Source: Candidatus Omnitrophota bacterium
GTDB lineage: Bacteria; Omnitrophota; Gorgyraeia; JAHIPI01
Direction: 5' to 3'
Length of the DNA: 64,000 nt
NCBI GenBank assembly: GCA_016783745.1
Contig: JADHVZ010000005.1
Span: 1,178-65,177 of the forward strand
The notes beneath the pieces are model-generated. The model was given only the letters and a program-made list of their open reading frames with translations. It had not been told where the DNA came from and made no database searches. Position numbers and translations under genes: made by a program. Below are positions 46,195 to 54,035 of the stretch, one piece after another. Each line of letters begins with the position of its first letter. Positions within the stretch are counted from its first letter, which is position 1.

Positions 46195-46911
46195 TTACAG
46201 TAACTCAACCTCTCCCCAACTCGCCAATTTGCTTCCGATTATGACCAGCGCGCCTGTCACACCTTCTATCGATCTTGCGTAATCTATAGCTGCTTGCAGG
46301 TCATCGGCGTTTTTAACCAGGTTTCCGGCCTGAGTCGCCACACAATCGGCAAGCACGGCATCACGCGCTATTATGGTGGCCGCATCCGCCTTTCCGAAAC
46401 TCTTAGAATGCCCCACTGTTCCGCTGGAGGTGCAAATGCCAAGCGGCACCCCGGATGGAGCTATCTTAAGATTTATTTTGCCTGAAAGCGGGGAATCGCC
46501 GGCGTATATACTAAGCCTGCGCTCGGTATCAGATTTAATAAATATATCTCCCCCGTTTTCTATTAAGACCTGCGAACATTGATCCAGAAGATCCATTCCG
46601 GTATATTGGGCTATTGCGCCGGCCACCCCAGCCATAGGGCCGACACCGGCAATAGCGGATTTATCTATCATATCCCTGACTATTTCCGGAGCGCTGCCAT
46701 CGGCTTCTATCGGCTTCAGAGAATCCTTAAAAAATCTATTCGCCTCGATATAGTCAAGTATCTGCTTCCGATACTCATAAACAGCCTTTTCCGCTTCATT
46801 TTTTAGCGGTTTATCGCAGAGCATCGAAAGATCGGTCTCGAAAACCTTGACCTCGAAACTTATCAGATCTTCGCTTTTTACCCAGTTTCTGTAGAATCTA
46901 TGTTGATGCAT
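46195..46911 (-). CDS. UPF0280/ApbE-like family protein
   Basis: 238 aa with a GVGPMAGVAGAIA motif. Family assignment is from memory only. Confidence 0.35.
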   Translation of the reverse strand: MHQHRFYRNWVKSEDLISFEVKVFETDLSMLCDKPLKNEAEKAVYEYRKQILDYIEANRFFKDSLKPIEADGSAPEIVRDMIDKSAIAGVGPMAGVAGAIAQYTGMDLLDQCSQVLIENGGDIFIKSDTERRLSIYAGDSPLSGKINLKIAPSGVPLGICTSSGTVGHSKSFGKADAATIIARDAVLADCVATQAGNLVKNADDLQAAIDYARSIEGVTGALVIIGSKLASWGEVELL

Positions 46912-46924
46912 TTTATTGTTTATT

Positions 46925-47048
46925 ATTCGTTAATCGTCTATCGTTAATCGCGTTTCGTTCGATTACCTTTGTTCGGTTCTCGGTTTTCGGTTTACGGTTT
47001 TCGGGAAAAGAATCCGAGAACCGAACACCGAGAACCGTAAACCGCACA
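46925..47048. repeat. heptad-repeat imperfect palindrome element, copy 2
   Basis: ...cgttaatcgtctatcgttaatcg...ttcggttctcggttttcggtttacggttttcggg-aaaagaa-tccgagaaccgaacaccgagaaccgtaaaccg. Same orientation as copy 1. Confidence 0.85.
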
Positions 47049-47088
47049 TATAATAAACGAGTACCCAAAGGCCGTACTACCAACTAAA

Positions 47089-48096
47089 TCAACAAATCCT
47101 TGGAAGCGCTTCCTTGGAGAGCATATCGGCAATCCTCTCACCGCCTACCCTCGTTCTTACGATCACCCTTCCCGCGTAGTCGCTTGTTACCTCGCCGATG
47201 ATCCTCGCCCGCCTTCCCAATCTGTGCGACCTCATCGCCGCTACGGCCCTACCGGCCTCCTTCTCAGGCAGGATCATCACCACCTTGCCCTCGTTACCTA
47301 TATATAAAGGATCCAGCCCCAATAATTCACAGGCGGCCTTGGTCGATTCGTTAAGCGGGATATTCTCCTCAAAGAGCCTTATGCCAAACGGCATACCCGA
47401 GGCGATCTCATTCATCGTAGTCGCCAGGCCACCGCGCGTCGGGTCACGCATGAATTTTACATTACTACATTTTTTCAGTACCGTCAAGATTAATCGATGA
47501 AGCGAGGCACAATCGCTTTTTACTCCGCCTTTAAAACCCAATTCCTCGCGGGCAAGCAAAACAGATATTCCGTGGTCCGCTATGGTCCCGTTTATCACTA
47601 TCTTATCCCCCGCCTTGATCCTGTCCGTAGAAATAGGTTTCTTGTACCTGACTATCCCTATACCGCTTGTATTTATGAATATCTTGTCGGCGTTTCCCCT
47701 CTCAACCACTTTAGTATCACCGGTTATTATTAGAACTCCGGCCGCTTTTGCCTCTTTAGCCATTGAATCTATTATCCTTGAAAGCAATGCCTTATCCAGC
47801 CCTTCCTCGATAATAAGTGAGCACGATATGTAAAGCGGGACGGCGCCCGATACCGCAAGGTCGTTCACTGTGCCGCAGACGGATAACTTTCCTATATCAC
47901 CACCCTCAAAGATAACCGGATCTACCACGAAGGAATCAGTGGTAAACGCCAAACGCCCGGCCTTTTTCAATTCAAAGACAGCGGCATCGGACAGGTTCCT
48001 CAAAATAGTGTTTCCGTATTTTTTTAATATGACATTTTTAATGAGGTCATGCGTTAGTTTACCGCCGCTTCCGTGCGCAAGCAGTATTTTCGACAT
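47089..48096 (-). CDS. hypE: hydrogenase maturation factor HypE (start re-set)
   Basis: MSKILLAHGSGGKLTHDLI... AIR-synthase-like. Track ORF carries a 42-aa N-terminal over-extension. Confidence 0.85.
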   Translation of the reverse strand: MSKILLAHGSGGKLTHDLIKNVILKKYGNTILRNLSDAAVFELKKAGRLAFTTDSFVVDPVIFEGGDIGKLSVCGTVNDLAVSGAVPLYISCSLIIEEGLDKALLSRIIDSMAKEAKAAGVLIITGDTKVVERGNADKIFINTSGIGIVRYKKPISTDRIKAGDKIVINGTIADHGISVLLAREELGFKGGVKSDCASLHRLILTVLKKCSNVKFMRDPTRGGLATTMNEIASGMPFGIRLFEENIPLNESTKAACELLGLDPLYIGNEGKVVMILPEKEAGRAVAAMRSHRLGRRARIIGEVTSDYAGRVIVRTRVGGERIADMLSKEALPRIC

Positions 48097-48113
48097 TGCC
48101 AGATCCCTTCTTT

Positions 48114-49211
48114 TTACCTGCCGGCCCCGTACTTGTAATGTATGCTGCAGCTGCCCTCGCTCGAGACCATACAAGGCCCTTTGGGGCCTTCCGGAGTGCA
48201 CGCCTTGGCAAAGTGCCTGCATTCCTCAGGCGAATTCTTGCCTTTTAGTATTTCCGCGCAAAGACAGTATCTTTGGCCTGTTGCCCGGCTCACCCTTTTT
48301 ATCCTAAAGTGCCTTTCCGCGTCAAGATCCCCGAATTCACGCCTGAGCTTCAGGCCGCTCCGGGGAATAGTGCCCAGCCCTCTCCAGTCAGCGTCAGAAA
48401 CAGTAAATACCTTATCAAGTATGCGCTGGGCCCGCGTATTCCCTCTTTTTTTTACAACCCTGTTATACTGGATCTCTATCCTGGCCTCATCGGCCTTTAA
48501 CTGACGTATCAGCATTAACACACCCTGCATCATGTCCAGGGGTTCAAACCCGGATATAACACCCGGTATCCGCGCCTTCCTTAGAAAGCCGTACGCATCC
48601 GCCCCGATGATCGTGCTGACATGAGCGGGTAACATAAAACCGTCTATCCTGGCGTCTTTATCTTTCAACAGGGCCTTCATCGCGGGAGGTATAAGTTTAT
48701 GCGCGGAATATATAAAAAAATTCTTTATTTTTTTATTTTTCGCTTCCAGCGCCGCTAAGGCAACAGTGGGAGACGTAGTCTCAAAACCTACCGCCAAAAA
48801 TATGACTTTTTTTGACGGGTTTTGTACGGCGATATTCAACGCATCAAGAGTGGAATAAACTATTCTTATATCGCGCCCCTCAGACCGTTCTTCATATAAA
48901 GAAGATGATCCGCCCGGTACCTTTAACATATCGCCGAAAGTGACGATTATAACATCCTTGGATCTCGCGAGTAATATAGCGTTGTCTATGTAAGGGGTAT
49001 CCGTGACGCAGACCGGGCAGCCGGGCCCCGATATAAGGCGGACGTTTTCCGGCAGCAGGCTCTTCAGGCCAAACCTGAAGAACGTATTTGTATGAGTTCC
49101 GCAGACCTCCATGAACTTATAGCTTCGCTCTTCTCTACCGGCAAAATCCTTTATTTTGCGGGATAGCCTCCCGGCCAGCTTAAGATCCCTGTATTCATCC
49201 ACATATCTCAC
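48114..49211 (-). CDS. hypD: hydrogenase maturation factor HypD
   Basis: GPGCPVCVTD and C-terminal CxxH...C cysteine motifs. Confidence 0.85.
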   Translation of the reverse strand: MRYVDEYRDLKLAGRLSRKIKDFAGREERSYKFMEVCGTHTNTFFRFGLKSLLPENVRLISGPGCPVCVTDTPYIDNAILLARSKDVIIVTFGDMLKVPGGSSSLYEERSEGRDIRIVYSTLDALNIAVQNPSKKVIFLAVGFETTSPTVALAALEAKNKKIKNFFIYSAHKLIPPAMKALLKDKDARIDGFMLPAHVSTIIGADAYGFLRKARIPGVISGFEPLDMMQGVLMLIRQLKADEARIEIQYNRVVKKRGNTRAQRILDKVFTVSDADWRGLGTIPRSGLKLRREFGDLDAERHFRIKRVSRATGQRYCLCAEILKGKNSPEECRHFAKACTPEGPKGPCMVSSEGSCSIHYKYGAGR

Positions 49212-49420
49212 AGGCTTATCTCCTTAATAATATCGAGGGTCTCTTTGGCGCGTTTCTCATCCACTTTCTCGATGGCAAAACCGGCGTGTACTATCACATA
49301 GTCCCCTACGCGGATATCCTTAAGCAGGCCTATACCTATCTGCCGGGCCGTCTTATCGGATCTGACCTCTGCCTTATCCCCTTTTTTACTTACGACCTTC
49401 ATCGGAATACCCAGACACAT
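49208..49420 (-). CDS. hypC: hydrogenase maturation factor HypC
   Basis: MCLGIPMKVV N-terminus. 70 aa. Confidence 0.8.
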   Translation of the reverse strand: MCLGIPMKVVSKKGDKAEVRSDKTARQIGIGLLKDIRVGDYVIVHAGFAIEKVDEKRAKETLDIIKEISL

Positions 49421-49423
49421 CTT

Positions 49424-50560
49424 TTATTCTCCCTTTGAGGCGGCAATAACAGCCTGGCCGATCGGCAGGCCGCTGTCAGCGCATGATGTCTTAGAATGTG
49501 TGTATACGGAAAAATGAGCTCTCTCAAGCCTCACTCTGGCTTCATACGATAATATCTTATTCTGAAATACCCCGCCGCTAAGCACAACATATTTCAGCTT
49601 CGTCTTATCGCGCAATTTCAACGCGGTGTCTTTTATGGCTTCAGCGACTGTATTGTGAAATTTACGGGAAATCAAGCCCGGACGCTTTTTATTATTAAGA
49701 TCGGATATTATCATTTTTATCATCGGTGAAAAATCTAATATATGCTCCTTACCGCGCTTTTCTATCTTAAAGCCGTATATTCCCCCAACGGCGCTTACAG
49801 CTATTTTTTCAAGTTCAATAGCGGCTTCGCCTTCAAATGATATGCGGTCTCTTATGCCGATCAGCGATGATACCGCGTCAAAAAGCCTGCCGGCGCTTGA
49901 CGTAAGCGGTGAATTAAGCCCCTTATCTATGATCTTGAGAAGAAGGGAACGCCTTGCCTTTCCCATCCTTCTTAAAACACCGGAGCTCAGATTGCCGATG
50001 CCTCTGCCGTATGCCTTGTAAATATATGAAAGCGCCATTCTCATCGGCTCAAGCACAGCCTTATCGCCTCCGGGCATGGGCACATAGGCCAGATGGGCCT
50101 TCCGCTCGAATCCGCCGTAATCAGCTATCATAAACTCCCCGCCCCATATGTTTCCGTCTAAGCCGTATCCCGTACCGTCAAATGCCACTCCTATGACCTT
50201 ATTTTGTAGCCCGTTCTCCGCCATGCAGGCCGCTATATGGGCATGGTGGTGCTGGACACCCGCAAGGCCTTTGCTTTTTCTTTTTATTTTTTCGAATATC
50301 TCCCCGGCATATTTTGTCGACATATATTCCGGGTGAAGGTCATGCGCTATTATACCGCGCTCAAAGCTTTTCTTCTTCGATAAAATCGCCTTTTTATAAC
50401 TATCGAATTCCGCGGGGTCTTTCAAGTCGCTAAAAATTCGGCTTACGGAAACGCGGTCACCGGACAGTACGGCGAAACCGCTCTTTGACTCGGATCCCAC
50501 CGCTAATACCGGCGAGCTGAAGGAAAGTGGAAGCTTGATATCCCTGTTTGATCTATCCAT
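49424..50560 (-). CDS. hypF: carbamoyltransferase HypF, C-terminal Kae1/YgjD-like domain only
   Basis: LPLSFSSPVLAVGSESKSGFAVLSGDRVSVSRIFSDL plus GVQHHHAHIAA and AFDGTGYGLDGNIWGGEF match the HypF C-terminal domain. No acylphosphatase, Zn-finger or YrdC-like domains are present. Confidence 0.7.
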   Translation of the reverse strand: MDRSNRDIKLPLSFSSPVLAVGSESKSGFAVLSGDRVSVSRIFSDLKDPAEFDSYKKAILSKKKSFERGIIAHDLHPEYMSTKYAGEIFEKIKRKSKGLAGVQHHHAHIAACMAENGLQNKVIGVAFDGTGYGLDGNIWGGEFMIADYGGFERKAHLAYVPMPGGDKAVLEPMRMALSYIYKAYGRGIGNLSSGVLRRMGKARRSLLLKIIDKGLNSPLTSSAGRLFDAVSSLIGIRDRISFEGEAAIELEKIAVSAVGGIYGFKIEKRGKEHILDFSPMIKMIISDLNNKKRPGLISRKFHNTVAEAIKDTALKLRDKTKLKYVVLSGGVFQNKILSYEARVRLERAHFSVYTHSKTSCADSGLPIGQAVIAASKGE

Positions 50561-50565
50561 AATAT

Positions 50566-50600
50566 GAAAAATAAATTTACCCCGCTAAGGGCGGGGTAAA
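50566..50600 (-). terminator. Rho-independent terminator downstream of pdaD
   Basis: - strand: tttaccccgc-cctta-gcggggtaaa followed by tttattttt. Ends 6 nt before the hypF' ATG. Confidence 0.55.
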
Positions 50601-50635
50601 TGTGTAGTTTAAGACGTTTCCGGACGTCCTTATTG

Positions 50636-51208
50636 CTAAAATATAAATACCGCTACGGCGATCACGGTGGAATAGTCGCCGCTGGCGCTTATAACTGTGG
50701 ATTGTGTGATATTAGTGGCCCTGACCACCTTATCCGTACCTATCATATACTCTTCTTTATTCTCGTCCCAACTCTTATCTTCGTCGAACTCTATACCGAG
50801 AGTAGACGCTAACATAGCCGCGGCTAAATCCTCAGAATATTCGCCCGCCGTCTTTTCAGTCTCCCCGAAAGCGTGGTGTTCGCTGAGATATCCGTGCGCA
50901 TTTGTATCCGCCGGTATTGCCGCTCCGATAGAAGCGGCGATAAGCCTGTGCGGTTCGTCGCTGGAACATCTTGCCATTACGCAAAATGTAAGCATGCCCG
51001 GTATCAATTCCTTAAGTCCCTCATTTCTGGATATAGTCTGGCAGCCGGGCGGCAATATACTTGAGACCTGCACTAGATTGCACTTTTCAATCCCGGCATC
51101 GCGCAGGGCAAGCTCGAACGAACGAAGCTCATATTTATGAGATCCTACACCCTTTGTAAAAAACAGTTTTCGCGGAACAAGCAGCTTGTTCCTGGGAATA
51201 TTCAACAT
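50636..51208 (-). CDS. pdaD: pyruvoyl-dependent arginine decarboxylase
   Basis: Family-typical N-terminus (FFTKGVGSH...) and QVSSILPPG region; the proenzyme self-cleavage Ser is expected near TKGVGSH. Confidence 0.7.
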   Translation of the reverse strand: MLNIPRNKLLVPRKLFFTKGVGSHKYELRSFELALRDAGIEKCNLVQVSSILPPGCQTISRNEGLKELIPGMLTFCVMARCSSDEPHRLIAASIGAAIPADTNAHGYLSEHHAFGETEKTAGEYSEDLAAAMLASTLGIEFDEDKSWDENKEEYMIGTDKVVRATNITQSTVISASGDYSTVIAVAVFIF

Positions 51209-51232
51209 ATGACGCTGCCTTTCGATACTGGC

Positions 51233-52114
51233 CTATTTTTTCTTTTTTCCGAAAAATACATAGCTAAGTAATCTATATATAAGTTTGCTGGCAAGAAAAT
51301 CAGGTGTGATGTTTCCGCTCAGGGGCGAAAGTTCAACGACGTCAAAACCCACGATCTCCTTATTTTGAGCGACGAGCTTTAATATATCAAGGATAAGATA
51401 CCAGCCCAGTCCGCCCGGCTCCGGAGTGCCGACGGCCGGCATAATAGATATATCAAGGACATCCAGGTCAATAGATATATAGACCTTATCCTTAAGGCTT
51501 TCCAGCGCTTTCCTGTCCCACAACGTGTCATTTAATATATCATAGGCGCTCACGATCCTGGCGATATTATTCTGCGAGGACAGGAATTCTTTGCCTTCCC
51601 TGGAAATGCTTCTCATCCCCAGCTGCACTAAAGGCGCGATCTCCTGCATACGCCTGCCTACACATGCATGGCTATTTTTTGAACCTTCATATTCATCCCG
51701 CAAGTCATGATGGGCATCCATGTGTAATACGGATATATCTCCCGCTATATCTTTGGCCGCCTTCACCGCGCCGATACTTGCGGTGTGTTCACCGCCTATT
51801 AAAACAGGGAATTTTCCCGCGGAAAGTATGTTCCTCTGTACATTGTACACTGTCTTTATCACCGCCTCGGGCGATAAGCCATCCACATCGAGCGGAGACA
51901 TAGTGTGGATACCGACCTTAAAAGTCTCGACACCAAGCTCCTCGTCAAATAATTCCATATACCTTGAGGCTTCAAAAATGGCGCAGGGGCCGTTTTTCGT
52001 GCCTTTTTTATATGTCACCGTACCTTCGTAAGGGACAGGTACTATGATGACCCTGGCCTTATCATAATCGACATAAGAAATATCTGCGCCGCCGTATCTT
52101 ACGGAATTAACCAT
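51233..52114 (-). CDS. speB: agmatinase (arginase/ureohydrolase family)
   Basis: LHMDAHHDLRD and SIDLDVLD Mn-binding motifs. Confidence 0.8.
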   Translation of the reverse strand: MVNSVRYGGADISYVDYDKARVIIVPVPYEGTVTYKKGTKNGPCAIFEASRYMELFDEELGVETFKVGIHTMSPLDVDGLSPEAVIKTVYNVQRNILSAGKFPVLIGGEHTASIGAVKAAKDIAGDISVLHMDAHHDLRDEYEGSKNSHACVGRRMQEIAPLVQLGMRSISREGKEFLSSQNNIARIVSAYDILNDTLWDRKALESLKDKVYISIDLDVLDISIMPAVGTPEPGGLGWYLILDILKLVAQNKEIVGFDVVELSPLSGNITPDFLASKLIYRLLSYVFFGKKKK

Positions 52115-52117
52115 CCC

Positions 52118-53173
52118 TTAACGTATTATCCTTTCCTTCGCAAGCTGCGAAAAATCAACGCAGCGGGTTATCACACTCTCTGCTTCTTCTCCGCTCAACG
52201 TCCCGCATCCGCAACTTGGCGTTATGAGGGAAGAATTTATTATCTTTTTCCTGTCTATGCCTTTCTGCGCCAGGATCCCGATATAGGACTCAAGCCTCTC
52301 TAATATATTTCCGATATCTTCTTTCAGGCTCTCAGGCGCGGTAGGAACCATTCCCCAGGCTATTATACCACCCCTTTCAAAAAATTTAGCAATACTTTCA
52401 CTGTTTTCCGCAAATGACCTGCCGTAGTTATAGGCATCAAAGCTGATCAGATCGATATCAGTAGATAGCGCAAAATCCCAGTCCGCATCGGCGCAACAGT
52501 GTAAACCGGCAAAACACGCCTCGGTGTGGATAGCGGACACCACTGTGTTAATATGTGAGGCGAGGTCTTCCTTCTTTATCTTAGATCTTGAGCCGGCCTG
52601 CTTAAAAAATACCAGCGACGGCTCATCAATAAATATGATGACATCCTGGAATATCTCCTTAAGCCTCGCGGCCTGCCACCTGGCTTTTAACGCTAATGTC
52701 TTGATCGCGGCGCCGCAGAGCTCTTTATCGAAATAAAGCGGTATACCGTTAGAGTCGGTCACGCTAAAGGCAAAGCTGACCGGCCCGGTCACCTGCCCTT
52801 TGAGGTAATCCAGCATCGTTTTATCGAGGTTTTTGAGCCTGTACATATATTCGTAGAAACCGGCCGCATGATCTTCGCTGAAAGAAAAATATTCCAAGTC
52901 ACCCGATTCATAATGCTCATTCAGTTCATCGATCTCCTTCCTGATATCGCGGTTTCTATTTACAGAGACCTTTTTCGCGCTCGCATCCGCCTCGATGCCC
53001 GGCATCCTCTCTACAAACTGAGCCATCATATCCTCAAGAAATGATTTATTGACCAGCTGAGGCCAGAATGGTATTCTTTTAAACTTTGAAAAAATTAAGT
53101 CACATGCCTCCCTTTCGCTATTGTAAGGGATGCTGCCTATTCCGGTCGCCTCAAAATGATTTTTTAATTTCAT
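52118..53173 (-). CDS. cobalamin-independent methionine synthase C-terminal-domain-like (Meth_synt_2/URO-D-fold) protein
   Basis: GIGSIPY N-terminus. GLHCCAD and TPSCGCGTL resemble the Zn-ligand motifs (H.C ... C) of the MetE catalytic domain. Confidence 0.4.
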   Translation of the reverse strand: MKLKNHFEATGIGSIPYNSEREACDLIFSKFKRIPFWPQLVNKSFLEDMMAQFVERMPGIEADASAKKVSVNRNRDIRKEIDELNEHYESGDLEYFSFSEDHAAGFYEYMYRLKNLDKTMLDYLKGQVTGPVSFAFSVTDSNGIPLYFDKELCGAAIKTLALKARWQAARLKEIFQDVIIFIDEPSLVFFKQAGSRSKIKKEDLASHINTVVSAIHTEACFAGLHCCADADWDFALSTDIDLISFDAYNYGRSFAENSESIAKFFERGGIIAWGMVPTAPESLKEDIGNILERLESYIGILAQKGIDRKKIINSSLITPSCGCGTLSGEEAESVITRCVDFSQLAKERIIR

Positions 53174-53186
53174 ATCAGGTCCTGCC

Positions 53187-54023
53187 TTATATCCTTTTTA
53201 ATCTCTCTATCCTTTTTCCCACCGGCGGATGCGTACTGAAAAGGCTTGCTATAAAATCACCCCTCAAAGGGTTAACGATAAAAAGATGGGCTGTTTGAGG
53301 GTTCGCATTCATCCTGTAATGAGCCGAGGCCTTGTGTAATTTATGCAAAGCGCTTGCCAGTCCCGCGCCTGAACCGGCAAAATGCGCCCCTCCGTTATCC
53401 GCTCCGTACTCGCGGGAGCGGGAGATAGCAAGCTGTATCACTATTGCCGCAAGAGGCGCAAAAATAGCTACCGCTAAAAGGCCTATTATGCCGCCCCTAT
53501 TGCGGTCTCTTCCGCCGAAACCTCCGAATATAGCCGCCCAACGCGCCATATACGCGATCATCATAACAGCGCTTGCCAGCGCCGCCGCAACAGTCATTAT
53601 CAAAGTATCTCTGTTTTTGATATGGGACATCTCGTGCGCTATTACGCCTTTTAATTCCTCTCTGTCCAAAAGATCAAGTATCCCCCGCGTAACGCATACT
53701 ACGCCATGTTCGGGGCTCCTCCCCGTAGCAAATGCGTTCGGGGCATCACTTGGAGCTATATAGACTTTGGGCACGGGCATGCCGGCTTTCGAGGCTATCT
53801 CTTTAACGATACCATAGACCTGTGGAAATTGGCCCTCCGGTAATTCCTGCGCTCTGTACATACCAAGAACTATCTTGTCGCTGAACCAATAGCTGCCAAA
53901 GTTCAGAAGAAGAGCAAAGATAAAAGCTATGGAGGCGCCGCGCGGCCCCCCAAAGACTCCTCCGATCCAGATCAAAAGCGCGGCCAGCAATATCAGCAGT
54001 ATTACAGTCTTAAAGTAGTTCAT
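53187..54023 (-). CDS. htpX: zinc metalloprotease HtpX (M48)
   Basis: HEMSHI (HExxH) plus downstream Glu. 4 TM segments. Confidence 0.8.
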   Translation of the reverse strand: MNYFKTVILLILLAALLIWIGGVFGGPRGASIAFIFALLLNFGSYWFSDKIVLGMYRAQELPEGQFPQVYGIVKEIASKAGMPVPKVYIAPSDAPNAFATGRSPEHGVVCVTRGILDLLDREELKGVIAHEMSHIKNRDTLIMTVAAALASAVMMIAYMARWAAIFGGFGGRDRNRGGIIGLLAVAIFAPLAAIVIQLAISRSREYGADNGGAHFAGSGAGLASALHKLHKASAHYRMNANPQTAHLFIVNPLRGDFIASLFSTHPPVGKRIERLKRI

Positions 54024-54035
54024 ATAGATACCTCG

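Noticed and set aside
48097-48222. 42-aa N-terminal extension of hypE in the ORF track
   Set aside because: The extension overlaps the hypD 3' end. Canonical HypE begins at MSKILLAHGSGG.
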